This document shows positions 1 through 10,542 of a DNA stretch of 39,712 bases, piece after piece. Source of the DNA: Trueperaceae bacterium. GTDB lineage: Bacteria > Deinococcota > Deinococci > Deinococcales > Trueperaceae. The translations under genes were made by a program, and so were the position numbers. Below the pieces are notes generated by a model. It had not been told where the DNA came from. It saw nothing but the letters and a program-made list of their open reading frames with translations, and ran no database searches. The stretch is from positions 1 to 39,712 of the forward strand of contig SLSQ01000342.1 of NCBI GenBank assembly GCA_007130355.1. The letters run 5' to 3'. Each line of letters starts with the position of its first letter. Within the stretch, counting starts at the first letter, position 1.

Positions 1-63
1 CGACGCCGGCGCGCTGCGTCTCCTCGCGGGGTCGGAGCCGGGCTGAACCCGGGGAGCCGGGGC

Positions 64-82
64 CGGGGCCGTCGCGGCCCCG
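64..82 (+). terminator. Putative hairpin downstream of a CDS that ends just inside the window
   Basis: Frame 2 reads ...DAGALRLLAGSEPG then TGA at 44-46. A 7-bp GC stem follows: cggggcc (64-70) pairs with ggccccg (76-82), loop gtcgc. There is no T-tract. Confidence 0.3.
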
Positions 83-179
83 TGTCCGACCCCTTCCGTT
101 CGTGTGCGACGATCTTCGTCGCCGGCGCGACGTCGGCCGGCCTACGGTGCGCGCGGCGCCGTCCGGTGTCTACTCGGGC

Positions 180-2567
180 ATGGACTGGGAACTGCCCGTG
201 ATCGCCCTCCGCAATCAGGTCGTGCTTCCGCGTACGCTCGAGAACGTCGACGTCGGCCGCCCGAAGTCGAAGCGCGCCCTCGAGGACGCGCAGGCCGCCG
301 ACGCCCGCGTCTTGCTCGTCGTGCAGCGTGAGGCGCGGGTCGACGATCCGGGCGCCGGCGACCTCTACGAGGTCGGCACGCTCTGCGTCGTCAAGCAGGT
401 GATCCGCCTGCCGGACGACACCTTGCAGGTCCTGGTCGAGGGTCGGGAACGTGCGCGGATCGACGGCTACCTCCCGGGCCCCACCCTCCGGGCGCGCGTC
501 CACACCGTCCCGGAGGAGGTCGACGGGTCCGGTCGGGACGTCCAGGCGTTGATCGAGCAGGCCAAGTCGGCCTTCCAGGAGTACGCCCAGCAGAACAAGG
601 GCCTGCGCCTCGACTCGTTCCACCTCGAGAACTTGCGCGGCCTCAAGGAGGCCGGTCCGCTCGCCGACCTGGTCGCGAAGTACGCCACCTGGGAGGTGGC
701 GGACAAGCAGTCGGTGCTCGAGGAGCCGAACGCCCGAGCCCGCATCGAACGGGTGCTCGGCTTCCTCTCGCGCGACCTCGACCGCTTCGACACCGAGAAG
801 CAGATCAGCGCCCGCGTGAAGCAGCAGATGGACAGCAACCAGCGGGAGTACTACCTGCGCGAGCAGATGAAGGCGATCCAGAAGGAGCTCGGGCAGGACG
901 AGACCGACGAGATCGAGGCGCTCCGAACCCGCATCGAGGAGAAGGACCTGCCGGAGGCGGCTTCGGAACGGGCGCTCAAGGAGGTCGACCGGCTCGAGAA
1001 GATGCCGGGCGGAAGCCCCGAGGCGACGGTGGTCCGCACCTACCTCGACACGATCCTCGAGCTCCCCTGGTCGGAGGCCGACGAGGAGCGCCTCGACGTC
1101 GCGCACACCGCCGAGATCCTCGACGAGGACCATCACGCCCTCGAGGAACCGAAGGAACGGATCCTCGAGTTCCTCGCCGTGCGTCAGCTCACCAAGGAGG
1201 CGGAGGACGCGCGCTACAAGGCGCCGATCCTCTGCTTCGTCGGGCCGCCCGGCGTCGGCAAGACCAGCCTCGGCAAGTCGATCGCCCGCAGCATGGACCG
1301 CGCCTTCGTGCGCATGAGCCTCGGCGGCGTGCGCGACGAGGCGGAGATCCGCGGGCACCGCCGCACCTACATCGGCAGCATGCCCGGCCGGATCCTGCAG
1401 GGCATGAAGACCGCCGGCAAGACGAACCCGGTCTTCCTGCTCGACGAGGTCGACAAGATGACGAGCGACTTCCGTGGCGACCCGAGCTCGGCCCTGCTCG
1501 AGGTGCTCGACCCGGAACAGAACGACACCTTCGCCGACCACTACCTGGAGATCCCGTACGACCTCAGCAAGGTCATGTTCATCACCACCGCGAACAGCCT
1601 CTCCACCATCCCGCGTCCGCTCCTGGACCGGATGGAGGTCATCCAGATCCCCGGGTACACCCTCGACGAGAAGCTCGAGATCGCGCGCCGCTACCGGGTC
1701 CCGCGGCAGATCGCCGACCACGGGCTGAGCGATCGGGTCGCGATCGAGCCGTCCGCCGTCCGTCGCATCGTCACCGAGTACACGCGCGAAGCGGGCGTCC
1801 GCGACATGGACCGACTGATCGCGAAGCTCGCCCGCAAGAGCGCCAAGAAGTACCTCGACGACGCCTGGGACGGACTGCGCACCATCGACGACGGGCAGGC
1901 CCGCGACCTGCTCGGCGTGCCGCCGTACCGCGACGAGAAGGCCGAGAAGGAACCGCAGATCGGCCTGGCGCACGGGCTCGCCTGGACCTCGGTCGGAGGC
2001 GTCACCCTCGACGTCGAGGTGGTGGCCGTGCCCGGCAAGGGCAAGGTGTCGCTCACCGGGCAGCTGGGCGAGGTGATGAAGGAGTCGGCGCAGGCCGCCA
2101 TCGCCTACCTCCGCAACCACGCCCGTGCTTTCGGGCTGCCCGACGACTTCCACGAGACGCGGGACCTGCACGTGCACGTGCTCGAAGGCGCCACGCCGAA
2201 GGAGGGACCGTCGGCCGGGATCGCGATCGCGACCGCCGTCGTCTCCGCCCTCACCGGACGGCCCGTCCGTGGCGACGTGGCGATGACGGGCGAGATCACC
2301 CTGCGCGGTCGCGTCCTCGCCATCGGCGGCGTCAAGGAGAAGCTGCTGGCCGCCCACCAGGCGGGCATCCGCCGCGTGCTCCTGCCGGAGGACAACCGCG
2401 CCCACCTCGAGGACGTGCCCGACGCGGTCCTCACCGAGCTCGAGGTGATCCCGGTCCGGTCGTTCCGCGAGGTGCTCGACGTCATGCTCGTCGGCGACGA
2501 CGCGTCCGCCTACCCCCCGCCCACCGGCGAGCCGGGCACGACCGACCGTCCCAACGCCAGCGCCTGA
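180..2567 (+). CDS. lon: ATP-dependent Lon protease (LonA)
   Basis: Same frame as ORF 102..2567. Start moved to ATG 180 because MDWELPVIALRNQVVLPRT is a canonical Lon N-terminus. Walker A GPPGVGKTS; protease Ser motif PKEGPSAG; Lys in GGVKEKLLAA. Confidence 0.95.
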   Translation: MDWELPVIALRNQVVLPRTLENVDVGRPKSKRALEDAQAADARVLLVVQREARVDDPGAGDLYEVGTLCVVKQVIRLPDDTLQVLVEGRERARIDGYLPGPTLRARVHTVPEEVDGSGRDVQALIEQAKSAFQEYAQQNKGLRLDSFHLENLRGLKEAGPLADLVAKYATWEVADKQSVLEEPNARARIERVLGFLSRDLDRFDTEKQISARVKQQMDSNQREYYLREQMKAIQKELGQDETDEIEALRTRIEEKDLPEAASERALKEVDRLEKMPGGSPEATVVRTYLDTILELPWSEADEERLDVAHTAEILDEDHHALEEPKERILEFLAVRQLTKEAEDARYKAPILCFVGPPGVGKTSLGKSIARSMDRAFVRMSLGGVRDEAEIRGHRRTYIGSMPGRILQGMKTAGKTNPVFLLDEVDKMTSDFRGDPSSALLEVLDPEQNDTFADHYLEIPYDLSKVMFITTANSLSTIPRPLLDRMEVIQIPGYTLDEKLEIARRYRVPRQIADHGLSDRVAIEPSAVRRIVTEYTREAGVRDMDRLIAKLARKSAKKYLDDAWDGLRTIDDGQARDLLGVPPYRDEKAEKEPQIGLAHGLAWTSVGGVTLDVEVVAVPGKGKVSLTGQLGEVMKESAQAAIAYLRNHARAFGLPDDFHETRDLHVHVLEGATPKEGPSAGIAIATAVVSALTGRPVRGDVAMTGEITLRGRVLAIGGVKEKLLAAHQAGIRRVLLPEDNRAHLEDVPDAVLTELEVIPVRSFREVLDVMLVGDDASAYPPPTGEPGTTDRPNASA

Positions 2568-2570
2568 GCC

Positions 2571-2599
2571 GCCGTCCCGACACGTGGCTCCGGGACGGC
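2571..2599 (+). terminator. Hairpin immediately after the lon stop codon
   Basis: gccgtcccg (2571-2579) pairs perfectly with cgggacggc (2591-2599), with an 11-nt loop. It starts 4 nt after the lon TGA. Confidence 0.4.
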
Positions 2600-2627
2600 C
2601 GTCGTCCTCCGCGCCACGCCCCCGAAC

Positions 2628-2660
2628 GGTACGGGCCCGCCTCGTCGGCGGGCCCGTACC
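2628..2660. terminator. Strong perfect hairpin, candidate bidirectional terminator between convergent genes
   Basis: ggtacgggcccgcc (2628-2641) is the exact reverse complement of ggcgggcccgtacc (2647-2660), with a 5-nt loop tcgtc. It lies between the lon stop (2567) and the stop of the minus-strand membrane-protein gene (2689). Confidence 0.55.
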
Positions 2661-2688
2661 CGTGGCGGTACCGGTCGGCGCCGACCGC

Positions 2689-3054
2689 TCAGCGGCGGAC
2701 GACGACCGTCCGTTCGTCCCGGAACAGCCGCGAGAGCAGGGCGCTGATCACGGTCAGGACCAGGGCGCCCAGGACCGCACCGCCGAAGCCGGAGAGCTGG
2801 ACCGGCGTCACCGCGGCCACCACCGCGAGGGCCAAGGCGTTGACGACCAGCAGGAACAGGCCGAAGGTCAGGACCGTCAGCGGCAGGGTGAGCACGATCA
2901 TGATCGGCCGGATCACCGCGTTCACGAGACCCAGGATCAAGGCGGAGAACAGCAGGCTGCCGAGGTCGTCGCGCGCGATCATGACGCCGACGTTCAGCTG
3001 CACCGTCAACCAGAGGGCGAGCGCGTTGAGCACCCAGCGGATCAGGAGGTTCAT
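2689..3054 (-). CDS. Small integral membrane protein, DUF360 / 'phage holin family 4'-like (YvlD-like)
   Basis: 121 aa and almost entirely hydrophobic, with about 4 predicted TM helices (LIRWVLNALALWLTV..., LLFSALILGLVNAVIRPIMIVLTLPLTVLTFGLFLLVVNALAL...). ATG start at 3054 with a leaderless -10 box. Confidence 0.75.
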   Translation of the reverse strand: MNLLIRWVLNALALWLTVQLNVGVMIARDDLGSLLFSALILGLVNAVIRPIMIVLTLPLTVLTFGLFLLVVNALALAVVAAVTPVQLSGFGGAVLGALVLTVISALLSRLFRDERTVVVRR

Positions 3055-3061
3055 GCCCGGA

Positions 3062-3070
3062 ACGGTAGCA
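3062..3070 (-). promoter_or_regulatory. Extended -10 box for a leaderless transcript of the 2689..3054 gene
   Basis: Minus strand reads TGC-TACCGT, then 7 nt (TCCGGGC), then ATG at 3054. Confidence 0.5.
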
Positions 3071-3109
3071 GGTCCGCGTCGCGGAGGACCTCCGCCGAAG
3101 GTCGGAAGG

Positions 3110-4000
3110 TCAGGCCGGCCTGCGCTCGAGCGCGATCCGTTCGCCGGCCGGCTCGAACCCGACGTCGGTGAGGATCCGGGCGAGCTTCGGGTCGTCCGCG
3201 TCCACGTCGCAGCGGAGCGACCCGGCCGGACCGCGGGCGCCCAGCTCGAGCATCACGGTGACGAGGAGCCGCCGGAGCATCTCGCTCGATCCGCGGTGTT
3301 CGGGCAGCACGCCGGCGGCGGTCAGCCGGTAGCGTGCATCGAGCCCGTCGTCGCCGTGGCAGAAGGCGTAGCCGACCGGGTCCTGGTCGGGACTGGGGCG
3401 GGCCAGGAACCAGAGGTCGGGTCGGAAGCGACCGCCGTGTCGCTTCAGCCACGACCAGCGGGCGTCCCCGGTCGTCGTCCGCTCCGCCGCGCGGTAGAGG
3501 TCGCGGAAGGCGGCATCGGCCCCCGGGCTCCACGCTTCGAGCGTGAGCGGCGTCCCGAGCGGAGGGGCGTCGGCGAGGGCGAAGCGATGCCGCGTCCGCC
3601 GTGTCGGCTCGAACCCGATCGGCGCCAGCCAGTCGGCGAAACGGTCGCGGAGCGCGGCCGGGACCGCGTCGAGCGGCAGCAGCGCGGCGTCGTGCGGCGT
3701 GCGCTCCAACAGGTGCTGGACGAAGGCGCGGGCGCCGGCGGCCTCCCCGTCGTGCCACGCCTGCGCAAGCCGCACCGTGCGGTCGTCGGCCTCCGGCGCG
3801 GGCGGCACCAGATGGACGCCCGCCCGCGGTACCGGCGCTCCGTCCGGCTGCCACACCCAGGTCCGCTCGGCGTCGCGCCGCACCTCCCGCAGGCGTCCGC
3901 CGATCCGGAAGGCGGCGCCCATCGGATCGGCGTGGCCGGAGAACGCCAGCGCGCGCGCCAGGAACCACGGCAGTTCGTCGGGCGCGAGCTTCCGGATCAC
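3110..4000 (-). CDS. Two-lobed GNAT-family N-acetyltransferase-like protein
   Basis: 296 aa. The C-terminal half resembles a GNAT core (YAFCHGDD...LTAAGVLPEHRGSSEMLRRLLVTVMLELGARG...ARILTDVGFEP). GTG start at 4000 with a leaderless -10 box. Substrate unknown. Confidence 0.7.
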   Translation of the reverse strand: MIRKLAPDELPWFLARALAFSGHADPMGAAFRIGGRLREVRRDAERTWVWQPDGAPVPRAGVHLVPPAPEADDRTVRLAQAWHDGEAAGARAFVQHLLERTPHDAALLPLDAVPAALRDRFADWLAPIGFEPTRRTRHRFALADAPPLGTPLTLEAWSPGADAAFRDLYRAAERTTTGDARWSWLKRHGGRFRPDLWFLARPSPDQDPVGYAFCHGDDGLDARYRLTAAGVLPEHRGSSEMLRRLLVTVMLELGARGPAGSLRCDVDADDPKLARILTDVGFEPAGERIALERRPA

Positions 4001-4006
4001 GGGCGC

Positions 4007-4014
4007 ACTCTACC
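4007..4014 (-). promoter_or_regulatory. -10 box for a leaderless transcript of the 3110..4000 gene
   Basis: Minus strand reads GG-TAGAGT, then 6 nt (GCGCCC), then GTG at 4000. Confidence 0.5.
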
Positions 4015-4050
4015 GCCGTCGCCGTCCGGCGCGGTCCGCTGCGGCGGCCG

Positions 4051-4059
4051 TGCGAACAT
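4051..4059 (+). promoter_or_regulatory. Extended -10-like box for leaderless rsmD
   Basis: TGC-GAACAT, then 6 nt (CGGCGC), then ATG 4066. The same 11-mer CGTGCGAACAT occurs in front of hemL. Confidence 0.4.
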
Positions 4060-4065
4060 CGGCGC

Positions 4066-4725
4066 ATGGGCAAGCCACGAATCCTCGGAGGCGCGGCGAA
4101 GGGCGCGGTCCTCGACACCCCCGCGCGCGGCACGCGCCCCAGCCCGGCGCGGCTGCGCGAGGCGGTCTTCGACGCGCTCCAGTTCCGGCCGCGCGGACGG
4201 TTCCTCGATCTGTACGCCGGCTCGGGCGCGCTCGGACTCGAGGCCGCCAGCCGCGGGTGGGAGGCCACGCTGGTCGAGCTGTCCCCCGCCGCAGCGGCGG
4301 TGATCCGACGGAACGCCGGACGGGCCCGCCTGCGGGCGACGGTGATCCAGGCCGACGCGCTCGCGTTCGCCGCCCGCGATCCGGGGACGTACGACGTCGC
4401 GGCCGCCGCGCCGCCGTACCCCGACGACCTGCTCGCGATCTTCCGTGCCCTCCTCGGCGCCGCCCCGGTGGCGCCCGGCGGGCTCTACCTGCTGCAGCAC
4501 CCGACCGGGCTCGACGTGGCCGGAGCGCTCGAGCCGGAGTTGCGGAGGTTGGGCCCGCCCTCCCCCGCCGACGGCGGGACCGGCACGCGTCGCGACGCGC
4601 CGCACGCCGGCGTACGGGTCCGCCGCTACGGCAGCAACGCGGTCACCTGGATCGCGGTGCCCGAGCGCCCTGCCGGCACCGAGGCAGGTTCCGTGCCGGA
4701 CGGCGTTTCCGAGGTCGGGTGCTAG
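4066..4725 (+). CDS. rsmD: 16S rRNA (guanine966-N2)-methyltransferase RsmD
   Basis: In-frame ATG 4066 within ORF 3601..4725. SAM motif [19 protein letters not shown] and the PPY motif (AAAPPYP), with family-typical length and order. Carries a short C-terminal tail. Confidence 0.85.
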   Translation: MGKPRILGGAAKGAVLDTPARGTRPSPARLREAVFDALQFRPRGRFLDLYAGSGALGLEAASRGWEATLVELSPAAAAVIRRNAGRARLRATVIQADALAFAARDPGTYDVAAAAPPYPDDLLAIFRALLGAAPVAPGGLYLLQHPTGLDVAGALEPELRRLGPPSPADGGTGTRRDAPHAGVRVRRYGSNAVTWIAVPERPAGTEAGSVPDGVSEVGC

Positions 4726-4728
4726 ACT
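4720..4728 (+). promoter_or_regulatory. Extended -10 box for leaderless secA, overlapping the rsmD stop codon
   Basis: TGC-TAGACT, then 7 nt (CGCTGCG), then ATG 4736. The TAG at 4723-4725 is the rsmD stop codon. Confidence 0.5.
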
Positions 4729-4735
4729 CGCTGCG

Positions 4736-7540
<2,805 letters not shown>

Positions 7541-7551
7541 GGTCGGGCGCC

Positions 7552-8523
7552 GTGGACCACGCCGCCGGACAGACCGCCGCGAACCTGGCCGGCCGCCTCG
7601 ACGCGAACGGTCCGGAGGACCGGACGGAACCGTTCTCGCTCCGTCTGCGCCGGCGGATGGAGGCACTGGACACCCACGTCTGCCTCGGGATCGATCCGCG
7701 GCCGGAGCGGTACGAAGACGGCGGCGTGGGCGCGCACGGCGGCGACGCCGCCAAGGTCGCGCGGACCATCGCCGAACGGTTCCGCGCGATCCTGGAGGGC
7801 ACGGCCGACCGGATCGCCTGCGTCAAGCTGCAGTCGGCGTTCTTCGAACGGTGGGGGGTGCCCGGCCAGATCGCGCTCGCGCAGCTCCTCGCCGACGCCC
7901 GCGCGCTCGGCGTGCCGGCGATCCTCGACGCCAAACGTGGCGACGTCGGCAGCACCGCGGAGGCGTACGCCGACGCCTACCTCGGCGCCGGCCCGTTCGG
8001 TGCCGACGCCCTCACCGTCCAGCCGTACCTGGGGATGGACGCGATCGAACCGTTCGTCCGCGCCGCGGAACGGAACGCGCGGGGGCTGTTCGTGCTGGTC
8101 CGCACCAGCAACCCGGGCGGCGCCGACCTTCAGGACCTGCGGCTCGCCGACGGCGGGACCGGGGCGGTCACCGTCGCCGACCGGCTCGCCGACCTGCTCA
8201 CCGAACGCGCGCGCGACTCGGTGCTCGACGCGCACGGCTACGGCCCGATCGGTGCGGTCGTGGGCGCGACGGTGCCCGGCGCGCTCGCCCGGCTGCGCGC
8301 GCGCCTGCCCCACGCGCTCCTGCTGGTGCCGGGCTACGGTGCGCAGGGCGGCGGGGCGGAGGACGTGCGGGCCGCCTTCGACGCGGACGGCCACGGCGCC
8401 GTGATCTCCGCCTCGCGGAGCCTCACCGACACCGGCGCCGACGATCCGGTCGCTGGCGCGGTCGCCGCGACCGAGACGATGCGGGACGCGATCCGCGCCG
8501 CCCGCGACGCCGACCGACGTTGA
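7552..8523 (+). CDS. pyrF: Orotidine-5'-phosphate decarboxylase, type 2
   Basis: Motifs CLGIDP, DAKRGDVGST and LVPGYGAQGG. The start is uncertain. The first ATG (7657) would cut off the PFSLRLRRRM segment, which resembles the conserved FGxRL helix preceding LCxGxDP in type-2 PyrF. GTG 7552 is preceded by GAGG at a 9-nt spacing. Confidence 0.85.
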   Translation: MDHAAGQTAANLAGRLDANGPEDRTEPFSLRLRRRMEALDTHVCLGIDPRPERYEDGGVGAHGGDAAKVARTIAERFRAILEGTADRIACVKLQSAFFERWGVPGQIALAQLLADARALGVPAILDAKRGDVGSTAEAYADAYLGAGPFGADALTVQPYLGMDAIEPFVRAAERNARGLFVLVRTSNPGGADLQDLRLADGGTGAVTVADRLADLLTERARDSVLDAHGYGPIGAVVGATVPGALARLRARLPHALLLVPGYGAQGGGAEDVRAAFDADGHGAVISASRSLTDTGADDPVAGAVAATETMRDAIRAARDADRR

Positions 8524-8550
8524 GGTACTCGGGGGCGTAGGCCCCTACCG

Positions 8551-9483
8551 TCAGCGGAACACCGCTCCCCGCAACAGATCGACGATCGCCACCGGTCCCA
8601 GCGAACCGCGCAGCGACGGGACCGAGCGGACCAGTTGCGCCCACGACGGCCGTCCGCCGGCGAAGACCGCGGCGAACTCGTCGACGTCCGCCACCTCCGG
8701 CGCTCGGAAGGCGAACGCCTCGGCGATCCGGTCGCGTGCGAACCAGGCGCTCCACCCCTGCGCGTCGCCGGCGTCCGGACCGAACGCGAACAGCAACGGC
8801 TCGTCCGACGCATCCAGGAGGCGCTCCGCGACCGTGACCGGCACGTCGACCCAGGCGTCGACCGCGAGCGCGCAGGTGCCGAGCCGTTCGAAGGCGGTCC
8901 GCGTCGCCTCCTCCTGCGGACCGTCGCCGATCGGCACGAGCCGGAGCCGGGGCAGGAGCGGCGAGTTCCAGTACGCTCCGACCGCCGCCAGCCCGCCGGA
9001 CTCGGAGCGGTCGTCGACGAGGCGGATGCCGACCACCTGGACGCGCCCGGCGGCGCGACGCACCCACTCCGGGTCGACGGCGCCGTCCCGCACCTCGGGG
9101 GAAGGGACGCCGTAGGCGTCGGCCGCGGCCCGCCAGGCGGCGCGTAGCGACGCCTCGCTGGGCCGCTCGGGATCGGTCGCGCGGTCGGCGTCGGGCCGCG
9201 TGGACCGTCCTCCCCCGCCCGCCGCCGACGGGCGCGGCCGCTGGACCTCGGCCCACGGACGCAGGTCCGGATCGGTCCCGAACGCCGCCGGCAGGGCCAG
9301 TCCCGGTTCGAGGATCGCCGCGGCGGCGTGGAGGTCGAGGCGACCGTCCTCGCGCGCGGGGCAGGCGTCGACCGCGTGGGCGACGGAAAGGCTCGCGACC
9401 GCCGCGAAGGCGGTCGCGAGGCGAACGATCGACGCTCGCCAAGGCGCGGGCGACCGACGCCTACGGACGTCCGGGCGCCCCAC
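8551..9483 (-). CDS. Secreted hypothetical protein
   Basis: Same frame as ORF 8551..10506. GTG 9483 is preceded by GGAG (8-nt spacing), 14 nt after the upstream gene's stop. The N-terminus VGRPDVRRRRSPAPWRASIVRLATAFAAVASLSVAHA looks like a signal peptide. I recognise no family. Confidence 0.6.
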   Translation of the reverse strand: MGRPDVRRRRSPAPWRASIVRLATAFAAVASLSVAHAVDACPAREDGRLDLHAAAAILEPGLALPAAFGTDPDLRPWAEVQRPRPSAAGGGGRSTRPDADRATDPERPSEASLRAAWRAAADAYGVPSPEVRDGAVDPEWVRRAAGRVQVVGIRLVDDRSESGGLAAVGAYWNSPLLPRLRLVPIGDGPQEEATRTAFERLGTCALAVDAWVDVPVTVAERLLDASDEPLLFAFGPDAGDAQGWSAWFARDRIAEAFAFRAPEVADVDEFAAVFAGGRPSWAQLVRSVPSLRGSLGPVAIVDLLRGAVFR

Positions 9484-9497
9484 CGTCAGCGCTCCGC

Positions 9498-10451
9498 TCA
9501 GCGCGCGCGGTCCGACAGGCCCACCGTCTCCTGCAGGACGACACGGAAGCCGCTGTACTCGGCGGCGGCGGCACGGTGCCCGGACGCCTCCTTCACGCGC
9601 ACGAACTCGCCGTCGAAGAGGTCGGTGAAGGTGTGCGACTGGTCCGGACGAAGCACGACCGGGTTCTCGCCCCCGACCTGTCCGGCGGGGATGCGCGAGC
9701 CTTCGGCGTCGAGGACCTCGACCTCGAGCGACAGGTAGTTCGACTCCGGACCGCCGTCCACGCGGATCGGGGCGTGCACGGTGACGTTCCCGTCGTCGGC
9801 GAGCTCGAAGGTGTCGACGTCGCCGATCGTCTCGAGCGCGCCCCAGAGCGTCCCGCTGAGGACGTCGGCGCCGGAGCGGGTGTCGTTCTGCGGCTCGCTG
9901 CGGTCGTCGAGCGCCTGCGCGAAGACGTAGATCTCGACCTCGAGGCGGTCCTCGAACGGGTTCTCGATCAGCACCTCGGCCGTGCGGCTCCGGATGACGT
10001 CGGACCGGTCGGAGTCTCGGAGGATCACGCACGGACCGAGGCAACTGGTGCGCACCGACGCGTCGATCGCTCGCGGCGCCAGGTCGGAGACCACGCTGGC
10101 CCCTTCGATGCCGCGTTCGCCGCGCGCGAAGTAGAAGCCCGTGGAGCTGCTGGCGGTGATCGTTCCGGAGACGGGGTTGCGGAGCCGAAGGTCGCCGGCG
10201 GTGGCGACCACGAAGATCCCCTCCGCGTCGGCGCTGTTCAGATCGATCGGGATGCGGGCGGTCGCGCCGGAGCGCAGGGAACGTTGGTACGGCGTGACGT
10301 CCAGCGTGTACCGTTCGCCGGCACGGAGCGTCGGGATCGTGTCGCCGCGTTCGACCTCGATGTCCACCGTGCACGCCGCCAGGAGCAGCGACGCGACGGC
10401 CAGAAGGCCGGCGAACCGACCGATTCGATGCGTGGTGCGTGGGGTCCTCAT
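9498..10451 (-). CDS. Putative lipoprotein with a PPC-like (pre-peptidase C-terminal-like) beta domain
   Basis: ATG 10451 is preceded by AGGAGGTG. Lipobox-like signal MRTPRTTHRIGRFAGLLAVASLLLAAC. The segment GTLWGALETIGDVDTFELADDGNVTV resembles the D-x-D-aromatic motif of PPC domains. Confidence 0.7.
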   Translation of the reverse strand: MRTPRTTHRIGRFAGLLAVASLLLAACTVDIEVERGDTIPTLRAGERYTLDVTPYQRSLRSGATARIPIDLNSADAEGIFVVATAGDLRLRNPVSGTITASSSTGFYFARGERGIEGASVVSDLAPRAIDASVRTSCLGPCVILRDSDRSDVIRSRTAEVLIENPFEDRLEVEIYVFAQALDDRSEPQNDTRSGADVLSGTLWGALETIGDVDTFELADDGNVTVHAPIRVDGGPESNYLSLEVEVLDAEGSRIPAGQVGGENPVVLRPDQSHTFTDLFDGEFVRVKEASGHRAAAAEYSGFRVVLQETVGLSDRAR

Positions 10452-10472
10452 GCGAGACCACCTCCTGGGCGC

Positions 10473-10481
10473 ATGGTAGCC
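10473..10481 (-). promoter_or_regulatory. -10 box upstream of the lipoprotein gene (short leader with SD)
   Basis: Minus strand reads GGC-TACCAT, then GCGCCC, then AGGAGGTG, then 7 nt (GTCTCGC), then ATG 10451. Confidence 0.45.
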
Positions 10482-10542
10482 CTGGACGGCGCCACGTGGG
10501 GGGCACGGGTCACCGGCGCGCTTCAGCGTTCGTTCATGCGGC

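Noticed and set aside
102-179. GTG 102 as the lon start (the ORF track's 821-aa version)
   Set aside because: The extra 26 residues are Arg-rich with no similarity to Lon N-termini. ATG 180 gives the canonical M-x-x-ELPVIALRNQVVLP start.
2689-3054. A 'phage holin family 4'-like membrane protein as a sign of a prophage or lysis cassette
   Set aside because: There is no endolysin, spanin, integrase, terminase or any other phage gene nearby. The neighbours are lon and a GNAT gene. DUF360/YvlD-type proteins are common chromosomal membrane proteins.
7605-7635. A hairpin with loop sequence UCCGGAGGA resembling a PyrR-binding attenuator upstream of pyrF
   Set aside because: The match to the PyrR box (UCCAGAGAGG) is imperfect. 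The hairpin falls inside what is most likely the true N-terminal coding region of pyrF, which encodes the conserved ...EPFSLRL... segment.
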